A stretch of DNA of 32,000 bases, from contig JADGIF010000007.1 in the NCBI GenBank assembly GCA_018985225.1, positions 1 through 32,000 of the forward strand, read 5' to 3'. The notes under the pieces were generated by a model. The model was not told the DNA's origin. It ran no database searches and saw only the letters and a program-made list of their open reading frames with translations. Shown here in pieces: positions 10,380-20,431 of the stretch. Origin of the DNA: Amoeboradix gromovi X-113 (lineage: Eukaryota > Fungi > Sanchytriomycota). A program made the position numbers and the translations under genes. Each line of letters begins with the position of its first letter. The first letter of the stretch is position 1.

Positions 10380-11540
10380 TTACTCTTTTCCCAACTCCAT
10401 CTTCTCAAAGACAGCAATAATCGACTCGCTTAACTCCTCTGACTCTTCTAACTGCTCATCAAACGCACGCATTCCCTTCAATATCAACTCGGCAGACCAA
10501 TTTTCAAAATTTAAGACAACATCAGGGTCTCGATCCATCAAAGTCTGAACGTGGTGATACTGCCCCATCTTTACTTTAAACTGAAGCCACTGTATCTGAT
10601 ATTCGACATAACAATGGCCGTCACAGTCCTCATCACAGTCCATGAGTGGCATGTGGACGCTTAATAACAGTCCGTCCGTACCATTACTCTTTTCCGTCGC
10701 CAGTGCCAATGTCAGGTTAGGAATGCCAACATCATCACACTTCAATTCCCCAATCTTACACCGCAAAGTGAATTTATGTGGATAACACATGGCATATCCG
10801 ATGAAATTCTTTGCTTGAATAGGGTCAACAACCTCAATCTTCGGACTCTGCAATATCAAGGGATTCTCACCTTCTAGCTTTATATCAGGGCACAACGTCG
10901 TACAGTGCTCTATGAATTCATCATACAGTTCGTCAATCATGTGCTGATGTGGGGGTGTAGGTGCATTATCAAAGCTTACTATAGGATATTGACAATTTTT
11001 GGCTTTACAAGTAGAGAACTCATTAGACAAGCTTTTCCGAGGAAAATCAGACATTAGTAAATCATCAATAAGCTCCCAAACAAAATCGAGTCCGACGTCC
11101 CCAATGAGAAAATCACATCCGAATCTTTGATTTTCTTCACCAGGCTGCGTCAAAACAAAATCTTTAAAGTTCACTTTTTTACCGTCAGAACTGACATACG
11201 GATTGTTGCTTTTACTGTTGATAAATTTGTTGAAGTCTTTGTCGTCTTCATTTTTGTATGAAGAATGGATATATCCCATCCGGAATTGCACCCATAATTT
11301 GTAGTCTTCAATGTAAACGTCTATCGTAACAGAAATTTTAGGATCCTTAAAGTGGACCAGCATATCCAAGTGCCTGGCATTTAGATCAGTACTGCGTAGG
11401 GCAGAGGCTACTAAACGCATCAGAACATCTTCGGTGTTGTCATCAGAGCTTTTGGGGGGAATGCACTCTTCAAATTCTTTCCACTGAATTCTTAAATCTT
11501 CTAATTTTGCCTTTGCGTCCGTTAATGACATCTGCTCCAT
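10380..11540 (-). CDS. Hypothetical acidic protein, 386 aa, with probable internal duplication
   Basis: Long intact ATG-initiated ORF in AT-rich DNA; no family recognised. Confidence 0.75.
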   Translation of the reverse strand: MEQMSLTDAKAKLEDLRIQWKEFEECIPPKSSDDNTEDVLMRLVASALRSTDLNARHLDMLVHFKDPKISVTIDVYIEDYKLWVQFRMGYIHSSYKNEDDKDFNKFINSKSNNPYVSSDGKKVNFKDFVLTQPGEENQRFGCDFLIGDVGLDFVWELIDDLLMSDFPRKSLSNEFSTCKAKNCQYPIVSFDNAPTPPHQHMIDELYDEFIEHCTTLCPDIKLEGENPLILQSPKIEVVDPIQAKNFIGYAMCYPHKFTLRCKIGELKCDDVGIPNLTLALATEKSNGTDGLLLSVHMPLMDCDEDCDGHCYVEYQIQWLQFKVKMGQYHHVQTLMDRDPDVVLNFENWSAELILKGMRAFDEQLEESEELSESIIAVFEKMELGKE

Positions 11541-11669
11541 TTCCTTTTGAGGTGAAGTTACAGTTTTGATAACAACAAATTCATTTTATTGGTTGAAAAT
11601 CCTGAGCATTTCCATGAGAAAGGTCATTGGTCAAAATGCAATTAGATACTACAATACAAAGAAATTAAA

Positions 11670-11925
11670 ATGTTCAGTATTGGCATGTCTCCTGTCCAAA
11701 AGAACGTTTGTAGTATCTTTGCCAGCAGATATAACCGGTATGAAAAAGGGCCATAAAGGGCCCATTCCAGTGGCGGAGGCCGGAGATCTCCCACCAAGTA
11801 CCCGTGTGGTGACCGTATTCGTTACAAAGAAGCACTGGGGAAAGGCCACTCTGGCAGCCCGTGCTTTGGGTGTAGGTGCTGTTGCATTGCAGACACGTCG
11901 TACCTTACCAATCATAAGTAACCAG
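11670..11925 (+). pseudogene. Possible trypsin-like serine peptidase fragment
   Basis: GC-richer patch. One frame gives IRYKEALGKGHSGSPCF (11844-11867, G.SGSP nucleophile motif); the adjacent frame gives FVVSLP...PVAEAG before it and VGAVALQ after it. Confidence 0.3.
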
Positions 11926-12277
11926 ACATGGAAACAGTGAACACAGGAAAACCCCAATAGTCTTCCCTAGAGTGTTTAGGATATCGTGCCTGCAAATGGG
12001 ACTGCTACATTCGCAACAAGTATTCCAATGCAACTTAAATGTATGATGTAAAGGTAGTTAAACTAATAAACAATAAGTTTATTAAAACATTGTGCACCAA
12101 AATATCAGTCTAGTTTTTATAGTTGCTGTGGCAATTGGTTTAATAGATAATTTTATTTCTTCATGGTATAAAATATTGAGCGCATTTGGCTAGTAAATGC
12201 TTAGTTATGTTGCAATGCTTTTGAATATCTCAAGTTTTGTTTTAATGATTTTCGAGTTTTTATTGGAATTATAGAAT

Positions 12278-12358
12278 TCCTCGTTAAAAGTCTTGATTTG
12301 CGAGAAATTAGCAGTTCTAGATGCTCCGTTATGGTGATTGCTCATGCTTTCACTACCC
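12278..12358 (-). repeat. Stand-alone copy of the Fanzor-associated 3' element (copy C)
   Basis: Ungapped 81-nt match to 8872-8952 with 13 mismatches (manual count); no nuclease coding relic upstream. Confidence 0.85.
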
Positions 12359-12700
12359 ACGTTTATAGCCAACATAGCCGTAAATATAGCTATTTTGGCA
12401 TTTCTAGTTCAATTTTTAGCCTGTAAAATGTCTTGGTGAAACATGAATCCCATAATTAACTCGTAGCGCATACTTTGTTTTACCGTTACTTAAATCTAAA
12501 AAAGTTTTTAGCAATAGCTCAAGTGCGTGCTAGCACATTTTCCAGAATACACATTAATCGCAGTCATATACAATGACCGGTCCTAGATATCTGCTGAAAC
12601 ACTAGTATATGGCTATCATAGATTGCTAGAGTTATATCAGTGTGGAGTTTGGTAGGCCTTCTCAGCTCACATGAACGACAACTACAATATGGGCAGGTGT
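12359..12700 (-). pseudogene. SEL1-repeat gene relic, paralogue of the 22.2-22.6 kb relic
   Basis: 12358-12440 aligns with 22229-22322 (e.g. tcaatttttagcctgtaaa vs tcaattttagcctgtaaa). Translation KMC*HALELLLKTFLDLSNGKTKYALRVNYG parallels KMYAKARLL*LNLLDGSDDKASYTLGVFYR. Confidence 0.5.
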
Positions 12701-13004
12701 GGGCACTTCGCTTATGGATGCTGATCTACCATAGAGGTACATGCAAATCATAATAATTACAATGTCTTGGTGCAGTTCTTAGGCAAGAATCATTTCGAAG
12801 CTAGTTGCTCATTACTTACATATATATATTCAGCTATTAAGTGGGGGAGCAGCTTCTGTGATTGATTAACTGTCGAAGTATTTGCGCAGTTTAAGATAAT
12901 TTGGAGTTTTTCTTAAATACTACATGGCTGCAGCATGATGTTAGTTATAACTTTACAGTTTATCTATTCAGAAACCCCTCAAAACCAAGAGACTTAAAGT
13001 TCAC

Positions 13005-16000
13005 ATGACAAATAAGCTGGATAGATCAAATATGGATTCACTTTTAGCAGAACTCAACTCGGATGGGCAGGGGCTCTATGAGCTACACACCCATTTGCTC
13101 GGAATGGGAAACCACGACTTTTGGATAAACGAAATTTTGCTAGATTCTCACAAGTTTCCCAGGCATAGCGATTTTTCTTCCGATGCTGTTAAAAAACGAT
13201 GTTGTCCCTTGGTTTGGAACTGCAAAGACTGGCACTCAAGAGATGACACTTCTGAATTGTTTGATTTCCTTGCTTTTGTAGAAACAAGTTCTCAAGGAAA
13301 TTATAGAGAGAATGCCAAAAAGCCAAAAACTAATATAGAGGAATATGGCGATGAAGATTTCAGAAATGAAAGAGAATTTTATTCCTTAAAAATGGAATCT
13401 GACTTTAGCTTAGATGTCGTTTTTTCAATTAAGAATCTGAGTGAAGCGCTGAATATAAACTCGGAGCACTATGACTTGTTACAATCTCAAATAGAAGAGA
13501 TGCTTGGAATCCAGAATCGTCCTGGACTTTCAAAATTTAAAAGATGTATCATTTTTAATGCCAGACTGCAGAAATTACAGATTGTTCACGGATTACCATT
13601 AAGTGACTTAAGAGAGTGCATTGGAGGCAATAAAGACCCAAAAGACCACACTGAAGCTGAGAAGACTGCGTTAGCCCACATAAAAAATGCTTTTTCGATG
13701 TGCAATGCGGATGGGTCTGTTGCCCGCTCGGTGGATTTCCATTCATTCCGCGGTTCATTCACACCTGAGTTTTACCCAAGGAGATTCTCCCTCAAGGATT
13801 CGCTCTATGAGCAACGACTGGATGTTTTGGCACAGCTGCTCCAATGGATTTTATCCCGGTATTCGAACTCAGTGCCGCATGTAAAATATGTTGAATTTTC
13901 TATCGGTAGTAGCGACCTTAGTCGTGAATGGGTATTAGATGTACTTGCCTCAGTGCAGCATGAAGAGGATGTTACGAAAGACAAAGGCTTCAAAAATGTG
14001 TATCTTGGGAAATTCAGCAAGTTCATGGTAAATAATGTATTCGATTGGTTACGCAGAAGGAAGTACGGTGTACGATACAAATTTCTGGCTGGGTTTAATC
14101 GCAACAAAAGCAGAGTTCCTGACGGATATAAACACAGAGAAGAATCCTTCCTGTATGAATGCCCATCCATTGCTATTGGAAAATCACTTGAAGAAATAAA
14201 CTACTCAAAAAGAGGAAGCCTCACCGTGATGTTTTCATTCCAGGAGACACAGTTAAAAGCGCTGCTGGAACCAAGCTGCACCTTGAAAACTTTGAATGCA
14301 TTATGCACCTCAGATCCATGTTGCGAAACAGAAAGTGAAGTGAAGAAAGCACTATTCTACTTTTGGGTGGTTGGTTTGGACTGGTATGGAGACGAAAAAG
14401 GGTATCCATACTGTGCTTTTGTTACTCGTCCATTTATTGATTTTGTAAAATCATCTCGTAGAGTAAATCCGCGATTTGGAGTGCGTGTGCACTGTGGTGA
14501 AAATGTTCCTATTGTCATGGAAGAAAATCCCGCGTATCGGCTATACATCTCACATATGTACATCGCATTTCGCTGTTTATTGTTTTTAAAAGATGAGCTA
14601 AAATCGCATATCAGAGTTGGTCATGGCATTGTTTTTTACCACATGCTCAAGGATTGGAGCTTTAGTCATAAAAGAAAATCAAATGTGCTATTGAATGAGA
14701 TGAAGGTTCTGTCTATGGAATTGTTCAAAGATATACCGTTTGAAATAAACCAAACTAGTAACTTTTATCTGCTTCCAAGCGGCGCACACCCTTACCAAGA
14801 CATGCAAGAAACTTTTACGACATTTATTCTGTCTACTGACGATGACGGCGTCTGGCCTATTGATCATTGCAAGCGCAACCATCAGAATCACTATTCCCTA
14901 GCAGCGGAATACTGCAACGCAATTTTTGACGGAATCATTACTGACTCGAAGCAACTGAATAAACACTTTGAGGTTGCAAAAAAGCATTCATTTGATCCAG
15001 ATCTTGTTGATTCAGTTACAGAATACGATTTGACTCTTCATTCAGACAAATATTCTGTGGATTATGGATCAAATAATCCAAAAAAAATCAAGTCAAACAG
15101 TATTATCATTGATCCGCATCTGGTCTACTATATATTCGATTTGCAACATGATGATCCAAATGATCCCAATGAACATGATATCAAATTTCATTTTACCAAC
15201 CATTACAACAATCTTTATGGCTCTAACTGGATGAATTCGAAGATAGGCTTTGATCCAAAGTCAATAGATATTCAGTCTATTAAAAATATTGCAAAAGTGG
15301 CATTTACCTGTTTTTATATCTCAAGATTTAGCCTTGACAGTGATTTTAATACCGAATATGATTTTTATTTTGGTTCGCCTCCCAGTGTCGATAGAAACAA
15401 AAACATAGAAGCAATATATGATAATCTGGTCAATGTTGACTTAAATAACGCTGGTTGCTCTATTGAAATTGCAACTAAAAAAGAGATTATTTTGTTCTCA
15501 TCCGAACTACCTTTAAACTCACAAGGCAACTTATCATATGGAAATACTGTATTTGAGAGGTTTTTAGAGAAGAAATCCATTTCCCAAAGTAAGTCAATTC
15601 GAATATTTGGCTTTTGCAATAAAATAAATGAAAAAGGAGTCTCTATATTGAATGAGCTAGCGTCTAAGTACAAGACATCTAAAATCGAAATGTTCACTAG
15701 TACAGAAAAAGACAAACATTTGACTGCCGACATTAATCCACGATTAAACTTTCGTCATCATCCAGATACTGCTCCTGCTACAACTTTATTTTATGTAGTC
15801 TGCATGCATGGATCCGCTGCTACTGCTGCATTGCATTATTGCGCTACCGAAAGTGATGCAACCGTTCAGCAGTTGGAGAGACCATCAATTTCAGAACTAG
15901 TTGTACCATTCTTTCCTCCAGACTTTAAGTTTCGAATGCTTGATGCGGACGACGAGGATATTATAAAAGTATTTCTGAACCACTATCAACTGCATGGCTC

Positions 16001-16751
16001 TGAGTACTTAACAGTCAATGAAAGTGAATTATATGACAAGCAAGTAGTGCCAGTAGACTTGTTAGAATTATATGACCGCGTCATGCAATGTGACAGGAAA
16101 AGCGTTGTTGAATGCTATAGGAGTTTAACTACTGGTGAGAAGAGAAATACGTTTTTAAAGAACACATTTTCTTGTTTTTCTAAATTTGGTCTCTATGGGA
16201 CGGAGTATGTAGAATTGGAAACGCATATAGAATTAGCTCCAGATCAATTAGCTCCAGATCACAATGCAATGATTCCGATTATTAACCTTTTAGATAGAAA
16301 TTGTACACCGAAAAGATATCTTGTTTGTACTACAATAGAGAAATCTAATATTAGTGATATTTTAAATAATTTATATTGCGGATCCTATCGCATGTTTTCG
16401 AGGACCCACATGGGCAATAATATTCCACTTTTGAAAATATTGTTAAAAGAATGCGGCGATACAGATTTAAGAGATCAAATTGGATATGAAATTATGGTTG
16501 CAACAGGCTGTACAACTTGGTATCGGGAGCGTGTCGCAGAATGGTGTGATATTATTGAACTATTATTTAGTCCAGAAGATTATATCAACAGATTCTCAGA
16601 ATTCTTCAAGGGAAAGGTGACGGCAGGTCAACTAGCTGAGATCTTCTCAGATAAGCCTTATAAGATTATGAATAGCTTTCAAAGAAATGAAATCAGGGTA
16701 GCGACGAAGGGTTATTTAAAATTGCTGAAACCTGATTTGATTGTACAATAA
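13005..16751 (+). CDS. Very large adenosine/AMP deaminase-family metallohydrolase with insertions and unknown C-terminal half (1248 aa)
   Basis: Ordered ADA motifs: ELHTHL (H28, H30), KYVEFS, VVGLDWYGDE (~14370), VHCGE (~14490), RVGHG (~14615), EINQTSN, LSTDDDG (~14835). Intact and intronless. Confidence 0.88.
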   Translation: MTNKLDRSNMDSLLAELNSDGQGLYELHTHLLGMGNHDFWINEILLDSHKFPRHSDFSSDAVKKRCCPLVWNCKDWHSRDDTSELFDFLAFVETSSQGNYRENAKKPKTNIEEYGDEDFRNEREFYSLKMESDFSLDVVFSIKNLSEALNINSEHYDLLQSQIEEMLGIQNRPGLSKFKRCIIFNARLQKLQIVHGLPLSDLRECIGGNKDPKDHTEAEKTALAHIKNAFSMCNADGSVARSVDFHSFRGSFTPEFYPRRFSLKDSLYEQRLDVLAQLLQWILSRYSNSVPHVKYVEFSIGSSDLSREWVLDVLASVQHEEDVTKDKGFKNVYLGKFSKFMVNNVFDWLRRRKYGVRYKFLAGFNRNKSRVPDGYKHREESFLYECPSIAIGKSLEEINYSKRGSLTVMFSFQETQLKALLEPSCTLKTLNALCTSDPCCETESEVKKALFYFWVVGLDWYGDEKGYPYCAFVTRPFIDFVKSSRRVNPRFGVRVHCGENVPIVMEENPAYRLYISHMYIAFRCLLFLKDELKSHIRVGHGIVFYHMLKDWSFSHKRKSNVLLNEMKVLSMELFKDIPFEINQTSNFYLLPSGAHPYQDMQETFTTFILSTDDDGVWPIDHCKRNHQNHYSLAAEYCNAIFDGIITDSKQLNKHFEVAKKHSFDPDLVDSVTEYDLTLHSDKYSVDYGSNNPKKIKSNSIIIDPHLVYYIFDLQHDDPNDPNEHDIKFHFTNHYNNLYGSNWMNSKIGFDPKSIDIQSIKNIAKVAFTCFYISRFSLDSDFNTEYDFYFGSPPSVDRNKNIEAIYDNLVNVDLNNAGCSIEIATKKEIILFSSELPLNSQGNLSYGNTVFERFLEKKSISQSKSIRIFGFCNKINEKGVSILNELASKYKTSKIEMFTSTEKDKHLTADINPRLNFRHHPDTAPATTLFYVVCMHGSAATAALHYCATESDATVQQLERPSISELVVPFFPPDFKFRMLDADDEDIIKVFLNHYQLHGSEYLTVNESELYDKQVVPVDLLELYDRVMQCDRKSVVECYRSLTTGEKRNTFLKNTFSCFSKFGLYGTEYVELETHIELAPDQLAPDHNAMIPIINLLDRNCTPKRYLVCTTIEKSNISDILNNLYCGSYRMFSRTHMGNNIPLLKILLKECGDTDLRDQIGYEIMVATGCTTWYRERVAEWCDIIELLFSPEDYINRFSEFFKGKVTAGQLAEIFSDKPYKIMNSFQRNEIRVATKGYLKLLKPDLIVQ

Positions 16752-17399
16752 CTGAATAAACCTATTACTGTATAACTGCCAATATTCTATTTAGTGTTTG
16801 ATGCGCCATCGACACTATTAGCTAACACATGAGCCCCCATATCCTAACATCGCGATAACACGTTTCCTGGAAACGAATGATAATACTGAACCCCAAAACC
16901 CTGGTACCACCTGCTGTTTGTCTGCTATGGTAGATAAAAATGTTTTACTGATATATTTTGTCGACTTGATTCAGTTGCATGTTTTTGCACAAGTCATTTA
17001 CAGGTAAGAAATGGGGTGCTGACCATTAGTATGCAAGTGTAAACGGCACTTGGTAATCCTCGGCCCTCTAGTAGGCGACTTCACCACTGCCTCCAGCACT
17101 GTCCCCAGTACCATCCCAGTAACTACCCCGTACCGCACTGCTCAACCGGCACAGCACACAAGGACACAGAAGGACATACTCACCACGCACCCTCTATTCC
17201 CACTTACGTAATACACTTGCCGATTTGCATAGGCCCGCATTGCACAGCCGGTGCACGCCACTGATTGATTTGACTATGGCTGAGCCTGAGCAGATCTTAA
17301 ATCCCAAAGTTGAAAAGTTCAAAATAGAATTGCGAACCGCTATTAAGATTTTCTAGTCACTTCGTTTCTGTGTTTTGATACCGCTGACTTTGCAAATCA

Positions 17400-18070
17400 G
17401 CTTGCAATCCGTATATTTCGAATTATTTTTCATATAACTGATTTTTTAAATTTCTTCTCAGTCTGTCGATTTTTGCGTTTTTATGCCACTAATTTTGTTA
17501 ACAATCTCTCAGTTTTCTGATTACCAGGTTTCTTTTTCTACATCTGCTTATTAGTTCTTTTATTTCCTCGTCTTTGTCATTTAATTGTTTTAATATTTTG
17601 GTGCAATATCGGTGCCAGAATAAACGCAAGCTCCACATATATATAGCATAAATAAGAATATTTGATTTGAGTAAAGAGCAGGTAATTCTCCATAAGCTAC
17701 AATAAGACATGCGAAAGCTTGAAAAAAATCGGTCATACTATTTGAGTCCACTCTCTTTTTTAATATAATTTTTATTAAATATAGCACAATTAAGTCAGAG
17801 TCTATGATTGATTCAATGATAAAAAATAAATCATACTCGTTAGATGCTGAGCTTTACGAAAATTTGGCATTATTTGAGCAAGACAATTTTAACAACAATT
17901 CTTTAATATACCCGCAGTTCAGGCAATTCATAACTTGCATTCTGTTTAACCTGTTTCTTCAATGGTGCTGGACGACGGAGTACTCATTTCTTGATTCTTT
18001 TTGGTCTCTCTCCTTTCAAAGAATTCTTATTGCTTCTGAAAAATATCTGAGTGTATTAAGATTCATAAAA
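17400..18070 (-). pseudogene. Decayed tandem paralogue of the 18.5-20.4 kb gene
   Basis: One frame with three internal stops. LRYFSEAIRIL ~ IRYFFEIRKRL; MQVMNCLNCGYIKELLL ~ LETLNNCCWGITRKLII; EYDLFFIIES ~ EFDIFTIES; DFFQAFA..ALYSNQIFLF ~ GFFLITFA..AVLSSDQIIVIF. Followed by a frameshifted coiled-coil tail. Confidence 0.55.
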
Positions 18071-18403
18071 GAAAAACAAATTTCTGGCTTTTTTTGAGCT
18101 AATTTATTTTAATCTATCCATATGCCATGTTATGGCATTTACAGGCTAATTGAATATAATTCTAAAATATCTAGTTCTAACTATTTTTACCCTCTCATTG
18201 AAAGGTCTAGCTCTAGCACATTGTATAACGACCTAGTACATCAAAACCAGTCTTGCAATGTAAACTGCTTCATAAAAAACGGAAGTGTACCAAAAATGGT
18301 TGGTGATCGGGGAGTTTGTATTTTGTTAACTTCCAAATTCATTTTTACATTTCAGAAACAGGAAAGTCATTAAAAATCTGCACTGAATTTTGAATGCCTT
18401 GTA

Positions 18404-20397
18404 TTAAGATCGATATTCTCCAATTTTGTCTTTCAAGTCTTCTGCAGTTTCTGCGCATCCAGATATTAAATCCTGAATGAGTTTTGCAAATTTTTCAAGA
18501 ATCGCTAAAACAAATTGAAAAGATATTTACTAACGCTAACTTTTGCTTACTGCATACCGCATATTCCCTTAGTGTCCTTCCAAACAAGAAACACAACAAA
18601 GTCTTTGAATATTCCTATTCTCGGAACATCTGGATCTCTATGATCTAGCCAGTCTTCGATCGCGATTGAAGACTGAATTTTTTCTAAATAGTCCTTTTTA
18701 CTATTCGAGTTTACAATATCGCTTGGAGGTTTAGATATAATTTTTAATTGCCTAAGCGTCAAAACATATTTTAAAAGGTTTAGGTACACATTCATCAGCA
18801 TCTCTATTACAGTAATGAAAACGGAAAAAACAGTGGTAGCGAAAAAAATAACAATAATTTGGTCGGAGCTCAAAACCGCATTTAGACTGACAATCGCAGT
18901 CCCAAAACTTAATATTGCAAAAGTAATTAGAAAAAATCCAGCTACGAAGTTTTTTAGGATATCGAAAACCTTGTTTGATTGTTTCTTCCAGACCATACCA
19001 GCAGATGACTTCACAAAATTAAACTTTGCCATTTCATACTCTTTTTCGTCTTTAGAACTACTTTTAACTAATTGTTTCTCGTAGATTATATTAAACTGCT
19101 TTGCAGCTTCTTGAAGATTATGAGATAGATAAAGCGCCTTGAAATTAGAATAACCAAGATTCTTGTAGTATTGCCATTGTCTATGTGCTCCAATAATTCC
19201 GTTATCGCATTTTCCAACCCTCTTTGCACTGCTTTTAATCTTTTCTATTGCATCTTCAATACCTTCTTTGTTAGATTCAATTGTAAATATATCAAATTCA
19301 AACTTTTCACCAAGCTGAGATTTCATCTGTTCTATAATTAGCTTTCTGGTGATCCCCCAACAACAGTTATTCAGTGTTTCAAGATGTCTTTTAAAATCGT
19401 TTCCCTGTAGCTTTTTATCCGTAATTTCGTCGTATTGCTCACTATCTCCCTCAGAATTTTCCTCCATGTTGTTCTTAATTTTATTTTCTTTTTTTTCTTC
19501 TTCAACTTTGCTATCAAACTGGTTCATCCAGCTCACCACATCTTTTTCATCTATTTTAATGTTTTCGTTCAAACGCTTTCTAATTTCGAAAAAATAGCGT
19601 ATGTCACTGAATTTTTTTAAGTCGGCAGAGTTCATTTTCTCTTTTCTCAGAGTTTTTGCCCAAATTTTATTTTTTTCGTTTGTAAAGACTTTTCTAATTT
19701 TAGTTAGACATTCAATCTCTTCATCTGACATCTTAGTTAAATCCGATAAACTATTTCCTGTTTTATTTATTTGTATGGCTGGCACTTCCCTTGGTCTTGG
19801 ATCTCGTGTTGCTTTACCCCACTTCTGTTCAATATCTTTAGAGACGTCAAAACATTTTTCTAGAAGTTCCCTTATTTTACTCAGTGAAACATCTTGAAGA
19901 ATTGAGCTATAGTTGATGCTTTGAAAACTGTCTTCATAAAGTTCAAGCCTGGTTTCGAACACCACAAAAATGGCATCGTCCTTAAACATCATCATGTTTC
20001 TCTTATTTTCCCGATCATTATTGCATAAACCACTCTTACATATTGGAACAAGCATGCCATACTTTTTCAAATTTTCAATTGAGTAGTTGTATCTCATGGT
20101 ATGAAGGATCTCAAGATCATCATCATCTACACTACTCAGATCAACATGCCCACCAACACAATCATTTCTGGGTTTCTTGCAACATATGTTGTAGCACTTC
20201 TTGTTTTCTCGATCTTCCCATTTTGTGTTCATGAGAGCTTCTTTCCATAACAGTATCTTATTACTCCATAACCCCAAAGAATCAAAAACCATTGAGGATT
20301 TTTCAATGTTTTTAGCACTAATTTCTCTACCCGGCTTCACAGCTAAAAGAGCAAGGACGACATCCGCACTTTGTTTCTCGTGTTTTTTTTCTTCCAT
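18404..20397 (-). CDS. HNH/His-Me-finger-like N-terminal domain, Lys/Glu-rich coiled coil and two TM helices; possible 53-nt intron at 18505-18557
   Basis: 616-aa ORF (18547-20397) with CYNICC...VGGHV...LVPICKSGLCNN and two hydrophobic segments near the C-terminus. GTATGC...TTTTAG splicing would add an in-frame terminal exon ending at TAA 18404. Confidence 0.72.
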
Positions 20398-20431
20398 TCC
20401 TTATAACTCCAAACCACACTTAGTCTAATTT

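Noticed and set aside
13005-20397. Complete RADAR-type system
   Set aside because: No Walker A/B ATPase (RdrA-like) gene is visible in the window; only the deaminase analogy holds.
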